A stretch of 64,000 nucleotides of DNA from Solirubrobacteraceae bacterium (GTDB taxonomy: Bacteria > Actinomycetota > Thermoleophilia > Solirubrobacterales > Solirubrobacteraceae). The first letter of the stretch is position 1. Each line of letters starts with the position of its first letter. The stretch covers positions 30,347-94,346 of the forward strand of contig JBEKKS010000004.1 of assembly GCA_050010595.1 (NCBI GenBank), in the 5' to 3' direction. Shown one piece after another: positions 56,187 through 64,000 of this stretch. The notes below the pieces were generated by a model. That model saw only the letters and a program-made list of their open reading frames with translations. It had not been told where the DNA came from and did no database searches. The position numbers and the translations under genes were made by a program.

Positions 56187-58055
56187 TCAATTTAGTGGCT
56201 CGGCGGTGCTGCCGTGGGCGACGAGCGTCGCGTAGTGGCCGGAGCGCTCAATCAGCTCCTCGTGCGTGCCGCGCTCGACGATCCGGCCCTGGTCGAGCAC
56301 GACTATCTGGTCGGCGTCGCGGACCGTCGAGAGCCGGTGGGCGATCGTGATCGTTGTCCGGCCCTGGGACAGATCGTCAAGTGCCTGCTGGACGGCGTAC
56401 TCGGTCTGCGTGTCGAGCGAGCTCGTCGCCTCATCGAGCAGGAGCACGGGCGGGTTGCGCAGGATCGTGCGTGCGATCGCCATGCGCTGCTTCTCACCGC
56501 CGGAGAAGCGGTAGCCGCGCTCGCCGACGATCGTGTCGTAGCCCTCCGGCAGCGAAGCGATCAGGTCGTGGATTCGCGCGGCGCCAGCAGCCGCCTCGAT
56601 CTCCTCGTCGGTCGCGTCAGGTTGCGCGAAGCGCAGGTTCTCGCGCACCGACGCGTGAAACAGATAGGTCTCCTGCGAGACGACGCCGACCGTCGCGGCA
56701 AGCGACTCGAAGGTCGCATCGCGCACGTCGACGCCATCGATCGTTACCCGCCCTTCCTGCGGCTCGTACAGACGCGCGACGAGGTAACCGAGCGTCGTCT
56801 TGCCGGCACCGGTCTCACCGACGATCGCCGTGCGCGTCCCAGCCGGGACGACGAGACTGACGTCCTGCAGCGTCCATGACGAGTCGGGCGTATAGCGGAA
56901 GCCAACGTCCTCGAGACGAACTTCACCGAGCAGCTCAGCCGGCCGCAGCTCCACGGCGCCGGGCCGCTCCTCGATGTCGACCGGCAGGTCGAGGTACTCG
57001 AAGATCCGGTCGAACAGCGCGAGCGAAGCTTCGACGTCGGTTCCGACGGAGAGCAGCTGCGCCATCGGGAAGAGCAGCCTCGTCTGCAGCGTCGTGAAGG
57101 CGACGATCGTCCCGATCGTGATCGCCTTGCCGGCGACGTGCTCGCCCGCCAGCCAGTAGACGATCGCCGGCTGGACCGAGAAGACCATGTTGATCGTCGA
57201 CATCATCCAACGGCCCGCCATCCGCGAATGGACCTCGAGGCCCGCCACGTCGTCGGACTCGGCCGTGAAGCGCTCGGCAAGGTCCTCGCTGCGGCCCATC
57301 GTCTTGCCGAGCATCATTCCCGAGACCGACAGCGACTCGGCAACGAGCGCGGAGATGTCGGCAAGGCCTCGCTGGAGGCGCATCGTGATCGCGCGTCGCT
57401 CACGCCCGACACGCCGCGTCATCCAGACGAACAGCGGCAGCAGCCCGAGCGAGATCGCCGCCAGCTGCCAGCTGAGCAGCGCCATGACGATTGTCGTCGA
57501 GATCACCGTGGTCGCGTTCTGAGCGATCGTCGTCGCCGTGTTGGTCGCGACGTTGTCGATCCCGCCGATGTCGTTTGCAATCCGCGATTGCACCTCGCCC
57601 GCGCGCGTGCGCGTGAAGAACGCCATCGACATCCGTTGGAGGTGGCGGTAGACGGCGACGCGCAGGTCGTGCATGACGCGCTGGCCAACCTCCGTCGAGA
57701 CGTACGTCTGTACGACGCTGAGCGCGGCCGTCGCGATCGCGATCGCGATCATGCCGCCCACCAGCTCGGTCAGCAGCGTCGTCTTGTGCTGCAGGATCCC
57801 CTCGTTGAGCACGTCGCGCAACAGGAACGGCGAGATCATGCTCAGCCCCGAGGAGATGATGATCAGGAGCAGGACCCAACCGAGCTGCCAGCGGTAGGGA
57901 GCGAACAGCCTCACGATCCGGTGCGTATCGCGCTCGCGAGCCGGATCCATCAGCGCTGGTGGCGGCTCGCCGGAGGCGCCTGCGCGTCGCCCGCGACCCC
58001 GACCGCCACCGAACGCGCTCGCGCCATGCCCGCCGCTCTGGCCCCAGGCGCTCAT
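56187..58055 (-). CDS. ABC exporter, fused permease/ATPase (MsbA/MdlB-like)
   Basis: It has a 6-TM N-terminal domain, Walker A GETGAGKTT, the signature FSGGEKQR and Walker B LLLDEATS. Its start overlaps the MarR stop by 4 nt. Confidence 0.92.
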   Translation of the reverse strand: MSAWGQSGGHGASAFGGGRGRGRRAGASGEPPPALMDPARERDTHRIVRLFAPYRWQLGWVLLLIIISSGLSMISPFLLRDVLNEGILQHKTTLLTELVGGMIAIAIATAALSVVQTYVSTEVGQRVMHDLRVAVYRHLQRMSMAFFTRTRAGEVQSRIANDIGGIDNVATNTATTIAQNATTVISTTIVMALLSWQLAAISLGLLPLFVWMTRRVGRERRAITMRLQRGLADISALVAESLSVSGMMLGKTMGRSEDLAERFTAESDDVAGLEVHSRMAGRWMMSTINMVFSVQPAIVYWLAGEHVAGKAITIGTIVAFTTLQTRLLFPMAQLLSVGTDVEASLALFDRIFEYLDLPVDIEERPGAVELRPAELLGEVRLEDVGFRYTPDSSWTLQDVSLVVPAGTRTAIVGETGAGKTTLGYLVARLYEPQEGRVTIDGVDVRDATFESLAATVGVVSQETYLFHASVRENLRFAQPDATDEEIEAAAGAARIHDLIASLPEGYDTIVGERGYRFSGGEKQRMAIARTILRNPPVLLLDEATSSLDTQTEYAVQQALDDLSQGRTTITIAHRLSTVRDADQIVVLDQGRIVERGTHEELIERSGHYATLVAHGSTAEPLN

Positions 58056-58495
58056 CGCCGCTCCACGACGAGGCGCTCGAGCACCGCGAGCGCCTGCTCC
58101 AGGGTGTCGCGATCGTCATCGTGCAGCGCGGCGAGGGCACGCGCGAGGTAGGCATCGCGCCGCGTGCGCGTCTCGCCGAGGAGCGTGCTCCCAGCCAGCG
58201 TCACGCCGACTCGATAGGAACGCCCATCGCAGGGGTCCGCGGCGCGCTCGACGAGGCCGCGACACTCGAGCATCGCGACAAGCCGCGTCGCAGTCGGGCG
58301 GCGAACGTCCTCGAGTCGTGCGAGCTCACTTGGCGTCAGCGGACCGCGGCGCCCGATCACGCCGAGGGCCGAGTCCAGTGCAGGGGGCAAGCCGCTCGCC
58401 GACTGGCGACGCAGCTGGCGCGAGAGCCGCACCACGACGCGCCGAAGACGCACCGGAAGCTCTACGTCGCTGCTCGTTTGAGAGATGATCACCAC
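58052..58495 (-). CDS. MarR family transcriptional regulator
   Basis: It has a wHTH region (LTPSELARLEDVRRPTATRLVAMLECRGLVER). GTG 58495 is preferred because the longer ORF call would run across the divergent promoter and palindrome. Confidence 0.85.
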   Translation of the reverse strand: MVIISQTSSDVELPVRLRRVVVRLSRQLRRQSASGLPPALDSALGVIGRRGPLTPSELARLEDVRRPTATRLVAMLECRGLVERAADPCDGRSYRVGVTLAGSTLLGETRTRRDAYLARALAALHDDDRDTLEQALAVLERLVVERR

Positions 58496-58500
58496 GATAG

Positions 58501-58513
58501 TTAGCTGTGCTAA
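58501..58513. promoter_or_regulatory. palindrome TTAGC-tgt-GCTAA, candidate MarR operator
   Basis: It was read directly, 6 nt upstream of the MarR start, in the 67-nt divergent gap to the Nudix gene. Confidence 0.45.
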
Positions 58514-58562
58514 CCATATCAATGCCGTGTCGCCGACTCCGCGACTGCCGACGCCGTAGCCT

Positions 58563-59222
58563 GTGCCGTCGATGGAGCTCAGCCCAGGGATCATCGCGCG
58601 CGGCCCGTGGCGGGAAGACCAGGTTCACGTCAGCTGGAACGAAGAGCTCTTCGAGCCGCCGGCGGTGGCGGCGCGCGCTGCCGATCAAGCGATCAAGGAG
58701 CTCGCCGCGCGCGGCTCGCCCTCGCACGACGGGATGAGCATGCGGCTCGTCGACCTGCGCGCGAGCGCTACGGCGCTCGAGCTCGAGCTGCAGCCGATCC
58801 GTTGGGCGCTTCGCCTCAGCCCGACCGACGCGCTGCAGAGCCTGGCGGCGATGTGCGCGGTGCGGGCCGCCGACGGCCGCTGGCTTGCCGGCCGCCGCGC
58901 GGACTGGCTTGCCTCCTGGCCAGGACGCTGGGCGCTCGGCGCCGGCGGCTCGGTGGACCCGGGCGAGAGCCCGGTGCAGACACTCCATCGTGAGCTCGCG
59001 GAGGAGTGGTCGGTGCGCGCTCAACAAATGACGATCGAGGCGCTGCTGCTGCTCGAGCAACGCCTCGTGCTCTTCATCGGCGTGGCGTGGCTCGCACCCG
59101 ACGCGCGGCCGGTGGCCGATTCGGAGCACTCGGGCTACGCCTGGTGGCCGCCGCAGCCCGACCGCTGGCCATCCGAAGCGGACGGCGACGTGCGCGAGAT
59201 GGGCCTGCTGCTCGCGTCGTGA
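58563..59222 (+). CDS. NUDIX hydrolase
   Basis: It has the Nudix box GGSVDPGESPVQTLHRELAEEW. Confidence 0.85.
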   Translation: MPSMELSPGIIARGPWREDQVHVSWNEELFEPPAVAARAADQAIKELAARGSPSHDGMSMRLVDLRASATALELELQPIRWALRLSPTDALQSLAAMCAVRAADGRWLAGRRADWLASWPGRWALGAGGSVDPGESPVQTLHRELAEEWSVRAQQMTIEALLLLEQRLVLFIGVAWLAPDARPVADSEHSGYAWWPPQPDRWPSEADGDVREMGLLLAS

Positions 59223-59545
59223 TCACATTCAAGAACCTCGAGCGAGTGTCGTTCACCCACTCGATCATCTACACAGCCCTACTGATAGTTGCGTTCGGCT
59301 TTCACAATCCCCAACCCGAGACGGTGATACTCGGCTTCAGCCACGGCATCCTGTGGATCGCGATGTCGCTCGTCTGCCTCTACGCGGCGCGCCGGCGCAT
59401 CCTTCCGCTGCGCATCGCAGTGGCAGTCGCGGTACTCGGCGGAATCGGGCCCTTCTTCGGCAGCGCAGAGTTCGTGCGCGAGACCCGCCGCCGGGCGCGC
59501 CGGGCAAGCCCGGAACCGCCCGAGTCCAGCCAATCGCCACGCTAG
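59219..59545 (+). CDS. DUF3817-like integral membrane protein
   Basis: It has 3 TM segments and an N-terminus typical of the family (FKNLERVSFTHSIIYTALL). GTG 59219 overlaps the Nudix stop as GTGA. Confidence 0.65.
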   Translation: MITFKNLERVSFTHSIIYTALLIVAFGFHNPQPETVILGFSHGILWIAMSLVCLYAARRRILPLRIAVAVAVLGGIGPFFGSAEFVRETRRRARRASPEPPESSQSPR

Positions 59546-59546
59546 A

Positions 59547-62500
59547 GTGCATGTAATGGCCGTCGACACGACGCTCCAGGTCGTCATGCCGAAGATGGGG
59601 GACTCGGTCGCCGAGGGCACCGTGCTCGAGTGGCGCAAAGCCGAAGGCGATCCGGTCGACGCCGACGAGACGATCGTCGAGATATCGACCGACAAGGTCG
59701 ACGCAGAGGTAGCGGCTCCCGCGAGCGGCACGCTCGTGAAGATCCATGCCGCCGAGGGTGACAGCGTGACCGTCGGCAGCGTGCTCGCGGAGATCGCGCC
59801 CTCGAACGGCTCAGACCCGGTCGCGGGCGACGTTCCGCCGCAGCAGGACGGTGAGCCGGCGGTCGTCGACATCGTCACGCCGAAGGCCGGCGAGTCGGTG
59901 ACCGAGGGCACGATCCTCGACTGGGCGGTCAAGGTCGGCGAGCGCGTGAAGGCCGGGCAGACGGTCGTCGAAATCTCGACCGACAAGGTCGACGTCGAGC
60001 TTCCGGCGCCCGCTGACGGCACAATCACAGAACTGCTCGTCAGCGCCGGTGAGACCGTCACGGTGGGCCAGGTAATCGGTCGGATCGAATCCGGCTCCGC
60101 CGGCTCCGATCCGACCGTCGCCGAGGCCGCGCCCGCCGCGCGGGAAGCTTCAGCAACCAGTCAGCCCGCGTCCAACGGAGCGAAGGCATCGCCTGTTGCG
60201 CGTCGCGCCGCGCAGGCGCACGCGGTCGACCTAGGCGCGCTCGACGGCTCCGGACCCGGCGGCCGCATAACCAAGGCCGACGTCCTCGAAGCTGCCGGAC
60301 GACCCGGGCCGGTGCAAGCCGGCACGGCGACGTCGACGTCGACGTCGACGGCTATCAAGGGGGGCGCCGCGATGCTCGTCCGCTACATGGACGAGAGCCG
60401 GAGCATCCCGACCGCCACGAGCTTGCGCACGATCGCGGTCGGCACGCTTGACGAGCGGCGCCGCCAGCTCAAGGACGCCGGCAAGAAAGTCTCCTTCACG
60501 CACCTGATCGCCTACGCGATCGCTCGCGCTGGGACCGAGCTGCCGGTGATGGCAAACCACTTCGCCGAGGTCGATGCGGTTCCCCACAGGATCGACGACG
60601 GCGCCGTCCATCTCGGCTTGGCGGTCGACGTCGAGAAGAAGGACGGGTCGCGCACGCTGATGGTCCCGGTGCTGCGAGACGCCGGGCGCCAGCCGTTCGA
60701 TGCGTTTCTCGCAAGCTACGACGCGCTTGTCGAGAAGGCGCGCACGAACGCGTTGACCGCCGACGACCTGGTCGGCGCGAACATCACGCTGACAAATCCG
60801 GGAGGCCTCGGCACCGGCGCGTCGATCCCGCGCCTGATGGCCGGCCAGGGCACGATCGTCGCGACCGGCGCGATCGCCTACCCGCCCGGCCTCGCGACCG
60901 TCGGCGCCCAGATCGGCGCCGAAAAGGTCATGACACTGACCTCGACCTACGACCACCGCATCATCCAGGGCGCTGAATCTGGTCGCTTCCTCGCCCGTGT
61001 CGAAGGCCTGCTGGCCGGCGATGACGATTTCTATGGTGGCGTCTTTGAAGCGCTGGGCATCGAACTTCCCGTGCTTGCGCCCACCGTGCCCGCCGCGGCG
61101 CCCGCACCCGCGCCGGCGCCGGCGCCGCCGAGCGAGCAGCTGCTCGAAGCCGTGCAGGCCGCCGATTCGCTGGTCGCGGCACACCGCACGTTCGGTCATC
61201 TCGCAGCGCGCCTCGATCCGCTCGGCTCACCGCCGGTCGGCGATCCCGCACTGGATCCGGGCCCGCTCGGCCTGACGCCGGAGATGATGCGCCAGATCCC
61301 TTCGCGGATCCTCCACATCCACGTTCCCGGCCGCACCCTCGCCGAGGCCTTCCCCCACCTGCACGAGACCTACTGCAGCACGATCGCCTACCAGATCGAG
61401 CACATCGGCTCGCATCGCCAGCGCGCGTGGCTACGCCAGGCGATCGAGAGCGGCGAGTTCCGCAAGCCGCTGTCACCGGAGCGCCAGCGCGAGCTGCTCA
61501 AGCGCCTGATCGAGGTCGACGCGCTCGAGCGCTTCATGCACAAGGCGTATCTCGGCCAGCACCAGTTCTCGATCGAGGGCCTCGACATGACGGTGCCGAT
61601 GCTCGACGCGATGATCCGGCTCGCCGCGGCGGGTGGCGCCGAGGAGGTCGTGATCGGGATGGCGCATCGCGGTCGCCTCAACGTGCTCGCGCACAACCTG
61701 GGTCGCAGCTACGAGTCGATCTTCGCCGAGTTCGAGGGCGCGACCACGATGGATGCGATCACGACGAAGCCACAGGGCGGGACGGGCGACGTCAAGTACC
61801 ACCACGGCGCGCAGGGCGCGCAGCGGATGGCCTCCGGCCAGCTCGTGCGCGTCAACCTGGAGTCGAACCCGTCCCACCTGGAATATGTCTCGCCGGTCGT
61901 GATGGGCGCGACGCGCGCGGCGCAGACGACGAGCAATGGCGCGCGGATCGTGCAGTCGGTAACGGCCGCCGTTCCGATCGTGATCCACGGCGACGCGGCG
62001 TTCCCCGGCCAGGGCGTGGTCGCGGAGACGCTCAATCTGCAGGCACTCGATGGCTATCAGGTCGGCGGCACGCTGCACCTGATCACCAACAACCAGGTCG
62101 GCTTCACGACCGACCCTGACGATGGGCGCTCGACGCGCTGGGCCTCGGATCTCGCGAAGGGCTTCGACGTGCCGATCATCCACGTCAATGCCGACGACGT
62201 GGAGGCTTGCATGTCGGCGGTCGAGCTTGCGTTCGCGTTCCGCTCCGAGTTCGGTCACGACGTCCTGATCGACCTGATCGGCTACCGCCGCTACGGCCAC
62301 AACGAGTCCGACGAGCCTGCATATACGCAGCCGGAGATGTACGAGACGATCAAGGCGAAGCAGCGCGTCAGCGAGCTTTGGGCAGATCAGCTAGTTGCAC
62401 GCGGCGTGACGACGCGTGCCGAGGTCGACGCACAGGATCAGGCAGTCTGGGACGTTCTCACCGAGGCGCACCAGGCACTGAAGGCAAAGATCGCGTCGGC

Positions 62501-63779
62501 GACCGAGAGCGGCGCCGAGGACCAGCCGAGCGGCGAGTACCGCCTCGACAGCACGCCCTCGCCCGGCGTGAACACGGCAGTCGCAGGCGCCGTACTCGCG
62601 GAGCTGAACGAAGAGCTACTGCGGATTCCGGCCGACTTCACGGTCCACCCGAAGCTCGTGCGCCAGCTCGATCGACGCCGCGAAGCGCTCAAGACAGGGA
62701 TCGGCATCGACTGGGCGCACGCCGAGGCGCTCGCCTTCGCTTCGCTGCTGCGCGAAAGCAAGCCGATTCGCCTGACCGGCCAGGACAGCGAGCGCGGCAC
62801 CTTCAGCCAGCGCCATCTTGTCCTGCACGACGCGCGCAACGGGCAGGCGCTCTGCCCGATCCAGAGCCTGCCGAGCGCAAGCGCGCCGTTCGAGCTGCAC
62901 AACAGCCCGCTGTCCGAGCTCGGCTGCATGGGCTTCGAGTATGGCTATAGCCAGGAGTCACCAGAGACGCTCGTGCTGTGGGAGGCCCAGTTCGGCGATT
63001 TCGTCAACAGCGCGCAGGTGATCGTCGACCAGTTCATCGCCTCGGGACTAGCCAAGTGGGGCCAGACATCACGCCTCACCCTGCTGTTGCCGCACGGCTA
63101 CGAGGGCTCGGGCCCGGAGCACTCCTCGGCCCGACTCGAGCGTTTCCTGCAGCTCGCAGCCGAAGGGAACCTGCGCGTCGCGAACCTGACGACGCCGGCT
63201 CAGTATTTCCACCTGCTGCGCGAGCAGGCGCAGACGATCAAGCAGCGCCCGCTCGTCGTGATGACGCCGAAATCGCTGCTGCGCTTGGCACAGGCACAGA
63301 GCACGCTCGCGGAGCTGACCGACGACCAGCTGCACGGCGTGCTCGCCGAGCCGGGGATCGACGAGTCCAAGGTCAGGCGGCTGATCCTCTGCACGGGCAA
63401 GATCTATTACGACCTCGCGACCCATGCCGACCGGCCGGCCGCCGAGCAGATCGCGATCGGCCGCGTCGAGCTGCTCTACCCCTTCCCCGAGCAGGAGGTT
63501 CGCGACCTGCTCACCCGCTACCCGAACCTGCGCGAGGTCGTCTGGACCCAGGAGGAGCCGCGCAACATGGGCGCGCGCGCCTACATGTCCCAGCGGCTAC
63601 GTCAGATCATGGACGACACCGCGCTCGAGTTCGCCTACATCGGCCGGCCCGAGCGCGCGAGCCCAGGCGAGGGCTACCCCGCAGCACACGCGATGGAGCA
63701 GAGCCGGATCGTGCGCGCCGCGCTCGACATCTCCCAGCCGGTCTCGCAGTTCCCGATGCTCTTCCCGGGCGAGCGGTAG
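59547..63779 (+). CDS. odhA: 2-oxoglutarate dehydrogenase E1 component fused to a complete E2 module (2 lipoyl domains + PSBD + acyltransferase domain)
   Basis: Two lipoyl domains carry EISTDKVD (K50, K147). The PSBD is ASPVARRAAQAHAVDLGALDGSGPGGRITKADV. The E2 core has the catalytic motif STYDHRIIQGAESGRF. An Ala/Pro linker follows. The E1o part (about 880 aa) has RGHLAARLDPLG-like, GMAHRGRLNVL, HGDAAFPGQG and EAQFGDF motifs. Confidence 0.92.
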   Translation: MHVMAVDTTLQVVMPKMGDSVAEGTVLEWRKAEGDPVDADETIVEISTDKVDAEVAAPASGTLVKIHAAEGDSVTVGSVLAEIAPSNGSDPVAGDVPPQQDGEPAVVDIVTPKAGESVTEGTILDWAVKVGERVKAGQTVVEISTDKVDVELPAPADGTITELLVSAGETVTVGQVIGRIESGSAGSDPTVAEAAPAAREASATSQPASNGAKASPVARRAAQAHAVDLGALDGSGPGGRITKADVLEAAGRPGPVQAGTATSTSTSTAIKGGAAMLVRYMDESRSIPTATSLRTIAVGTLDERRRQLKDAGKKVSFTHLIAYAIARAGTELPVMANHFAEVDAVPHRIDDGAVHLGLAVDVEKKDGSRTLMVPVLRDAGRQPFDAFLASYDALVEKARTNALTADDLVGANITLTNPGGLGTGASIPRLMAGQGTIVATGAIAYPPGLATVGAQIGAEKVMTLTSTYDHRIIQGAESGRFLARVEGLLAGDDDFYGGVFEALGIELPVLAPTVPAAAPAPAPAPAPPSEQLLEAVQAADSLVAAHRTFGHLAARLDPLGSPPVGDPALDPGPLGLTPEMMRQIPSRILHIHVPGRTLAEAFPHLHETYCSTIAYQIEHIGSHRQRAWLRQAIESGEFRKPLSPERQRELLKRLIEVDALERFMHKAYLGQHQFSIEGLDMTVPMLDAMIRLAAAGGAEEVVIGMAHRGRLNVLAHNLGRSYESIFAEFEGATTMDAITTKPQGGTGDVKYHHGAQGAQRMASGQLVRVNLESNPSHLEYVSPVVMGATRAAQTTSNGARIVQSVTAAVPIVIHGDAAFPGQGVVAETLNLQALDGYQVGGTLHLITNNQVGFTTDPDDGRSTRWASDLAKGFDVPIIHVNADDVEACMSAVELAFAFRSEFGHDVLIDLIGYRRYGHNESDEPAYTQPEMYETIKAKQRVSELWADQLVARGVTTRAEVDAQDQAVWDVLTEAHQALKAKIASATESGAEDQPSGEYRLDSTPSPGVNTAVAGAVLAELNEELLRIPADFTVHPKLVRQLDRRREALKTGIGIDWAHAEALAFASLLRESKPIRLTGQDSERGTFSQRHLVLHDARNGQALCPIQSLPSASAPFELHNSPLSELGCMGFEYGYSQESPETLVLWEAQFGDFVNSAQVIVDQFIASGLAKWGQTSRLTLLLPHGYEGSGPEHSSARLERFLQLAAEGNLRVANLTTPAQYFHLLREQAQTIKQRPLVVMTPKSLLRLAQAQSTLAELTDDQLHGVLAEPGIDESKVRRLILCTGKIYYDLATHADRPAAEQIAIGRVELLYPFPEQEVRDLLTRYPNLREVVWTQEEPRNMGARAYMSQRLRQIMDDTALEFAYIGRPERASPGEGYPAAHAMEQSRIVRAALDISQPVSQFPMLFPGER

Positions 63780-63791
63780 TGGCGTCGCGGC

Positions 63792-63824
63792 TTTTCTAGA
63801 GCCGGCTCCGCCGGCTCTAGAAAA
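63792..63824. terminator. perfect 14-bp hairpin (TTTTCTAGAGCCGG-ctccg-CCGGCTCTAGAAAA) after odhA
   Basis: The inverted repeat was read directly, 13 nt after the stop codon. It is flanked by T/A runs on both strands, so it is probably a bidirectional terminator. Confidence 0.65.
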
Positions 63825-63894
63825 CCGCTCCTTTGGCCCTGGACTAGTGCGCGGGTGGTGGGGCGCACCCTTTGCGGCAGCACGCCATGTTTCT

Positions 63895-64000
63895 TCAGAC
63901 CGCAAACAGCTTCAGGTCCGGTTCGCGGGTGCCGCGGAGCTCTTCGAGGGAGACCTCGACGCAGGCGATGCCGCGGGACTCGGCGAGGACGCGTGCTTGG
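63895..64000 (-). CDS. 3' end of an unidentified CDS (continues beyond window)
   Basis: The frame has high GC3 and ends in TGA at 63897-63895 (...RVLAESRGIACVEVSLEELRGTREPDLKLFAV*). It is too short to identify. Confidence 0.35.
   Translation of the reverse strand, partial: QARVLAESRGIACVEVSLEELRGTREPDLKLFAV

Noticed and set aside
59685-59994. An exact 19-nt repeat TCGACCGACAAGGTCGACG at 59685-59703 and 59976-59994.
   Set aside because: Both copies encode the conserved lipoyl-lysine motif STDKVD of the two lipoyl domains. It is domain duplication, not a mobile or regulatory repeat.
60329-60350. Tandem hexamer repeat (GACGTC)x3.7 inside odhA.
   Set aside because: It simply encodes the Thr/Ser-rich inter-domain linker (ATSTSTSTA) and stays in frame. 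It is a possible slippage hotspot but not an independent element.

Overview
The window is about 70% GC with strongly GC3-biased codons. Gene content suggests a chromosomal core region of a high-GC Actinomycetota genome: a 14-gene nuo operon, an E2-E1 fused 2-oxoglutarate dehydrogenase, ThyX, and SHOCT, Uma2 and DUF3817 proteins. A deep-branching class such as Thermoleophilia or Rubrobacteria is possible, but that is inference only. I support about 60 protein-coding genes.

Gene content, left to right:
- Histidine kinase fragment, serS, and a cytochrome c / cupredoxin-like lipoprotein pair.
- Complete nuoA-N operon (3.6-18.5 kb), tightly translationally coupled.
- Ferritin-like protein, an ABC-2 transporter pair, a PGRP-type amidase, a radical-SAM/SPASM maturase, ggt and thyX.
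- Acetate module (satP-like gene plus acs), bcp, an Fpg/Nei glycosylase, a secreted clan GH-A hydrolase and a cyclophilin.
- A roughly 9.8 kb molybdenum island (35.1-44.9 kb). It holds a Tat-exported DMSO-reductase-family oxidoreductase, an FeS subunit, an NrfD-type anchor, a TorD-like chaperone and a cytoplasmic polyferredoxin. It also holds a divergent wHTH regulator, moeA and moaA.
- DEAD-box helicase, PfkB kinase, gltA, metF, pyk, a UbiB-like kinase, glyoxalase genes, a MarR plus ABC exporter pair and a Nudix hydrolase.
- A 1410-aa 2-oxoglutarate dehydrogenase.

I saw no rRNA, tRNA, CRISPR array, transposase, integrase or recognisable defence system. The region looks mostly ordinary.

Most noteworthy observations:
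1. The OdhA/Kgd-type E1o carries a complete E2 module (two lipoyl domains, a PSBD and a catalytic domain) in one polypeptide.
2. The PsrABC-like Mo-enzyme operon is extended by an internally duplicated cytoplasmic polyferredoxin.
3. A promoter-to-terminator unit between bcp and a small acidic protein gene looks like a CU-rich small RNA.
4. The structured leader upstream of moaA is a possible Moco riboswitch.
5. The anSME-like radical-SAM maturase has no sulfatase partner in the window.

Several start-codon or frame anomalies (serS, the ABC ATPase, a small ORF after the cupredoxin gene) are also flagged. All functional calls come from motif recognition by eye; no database search was run.
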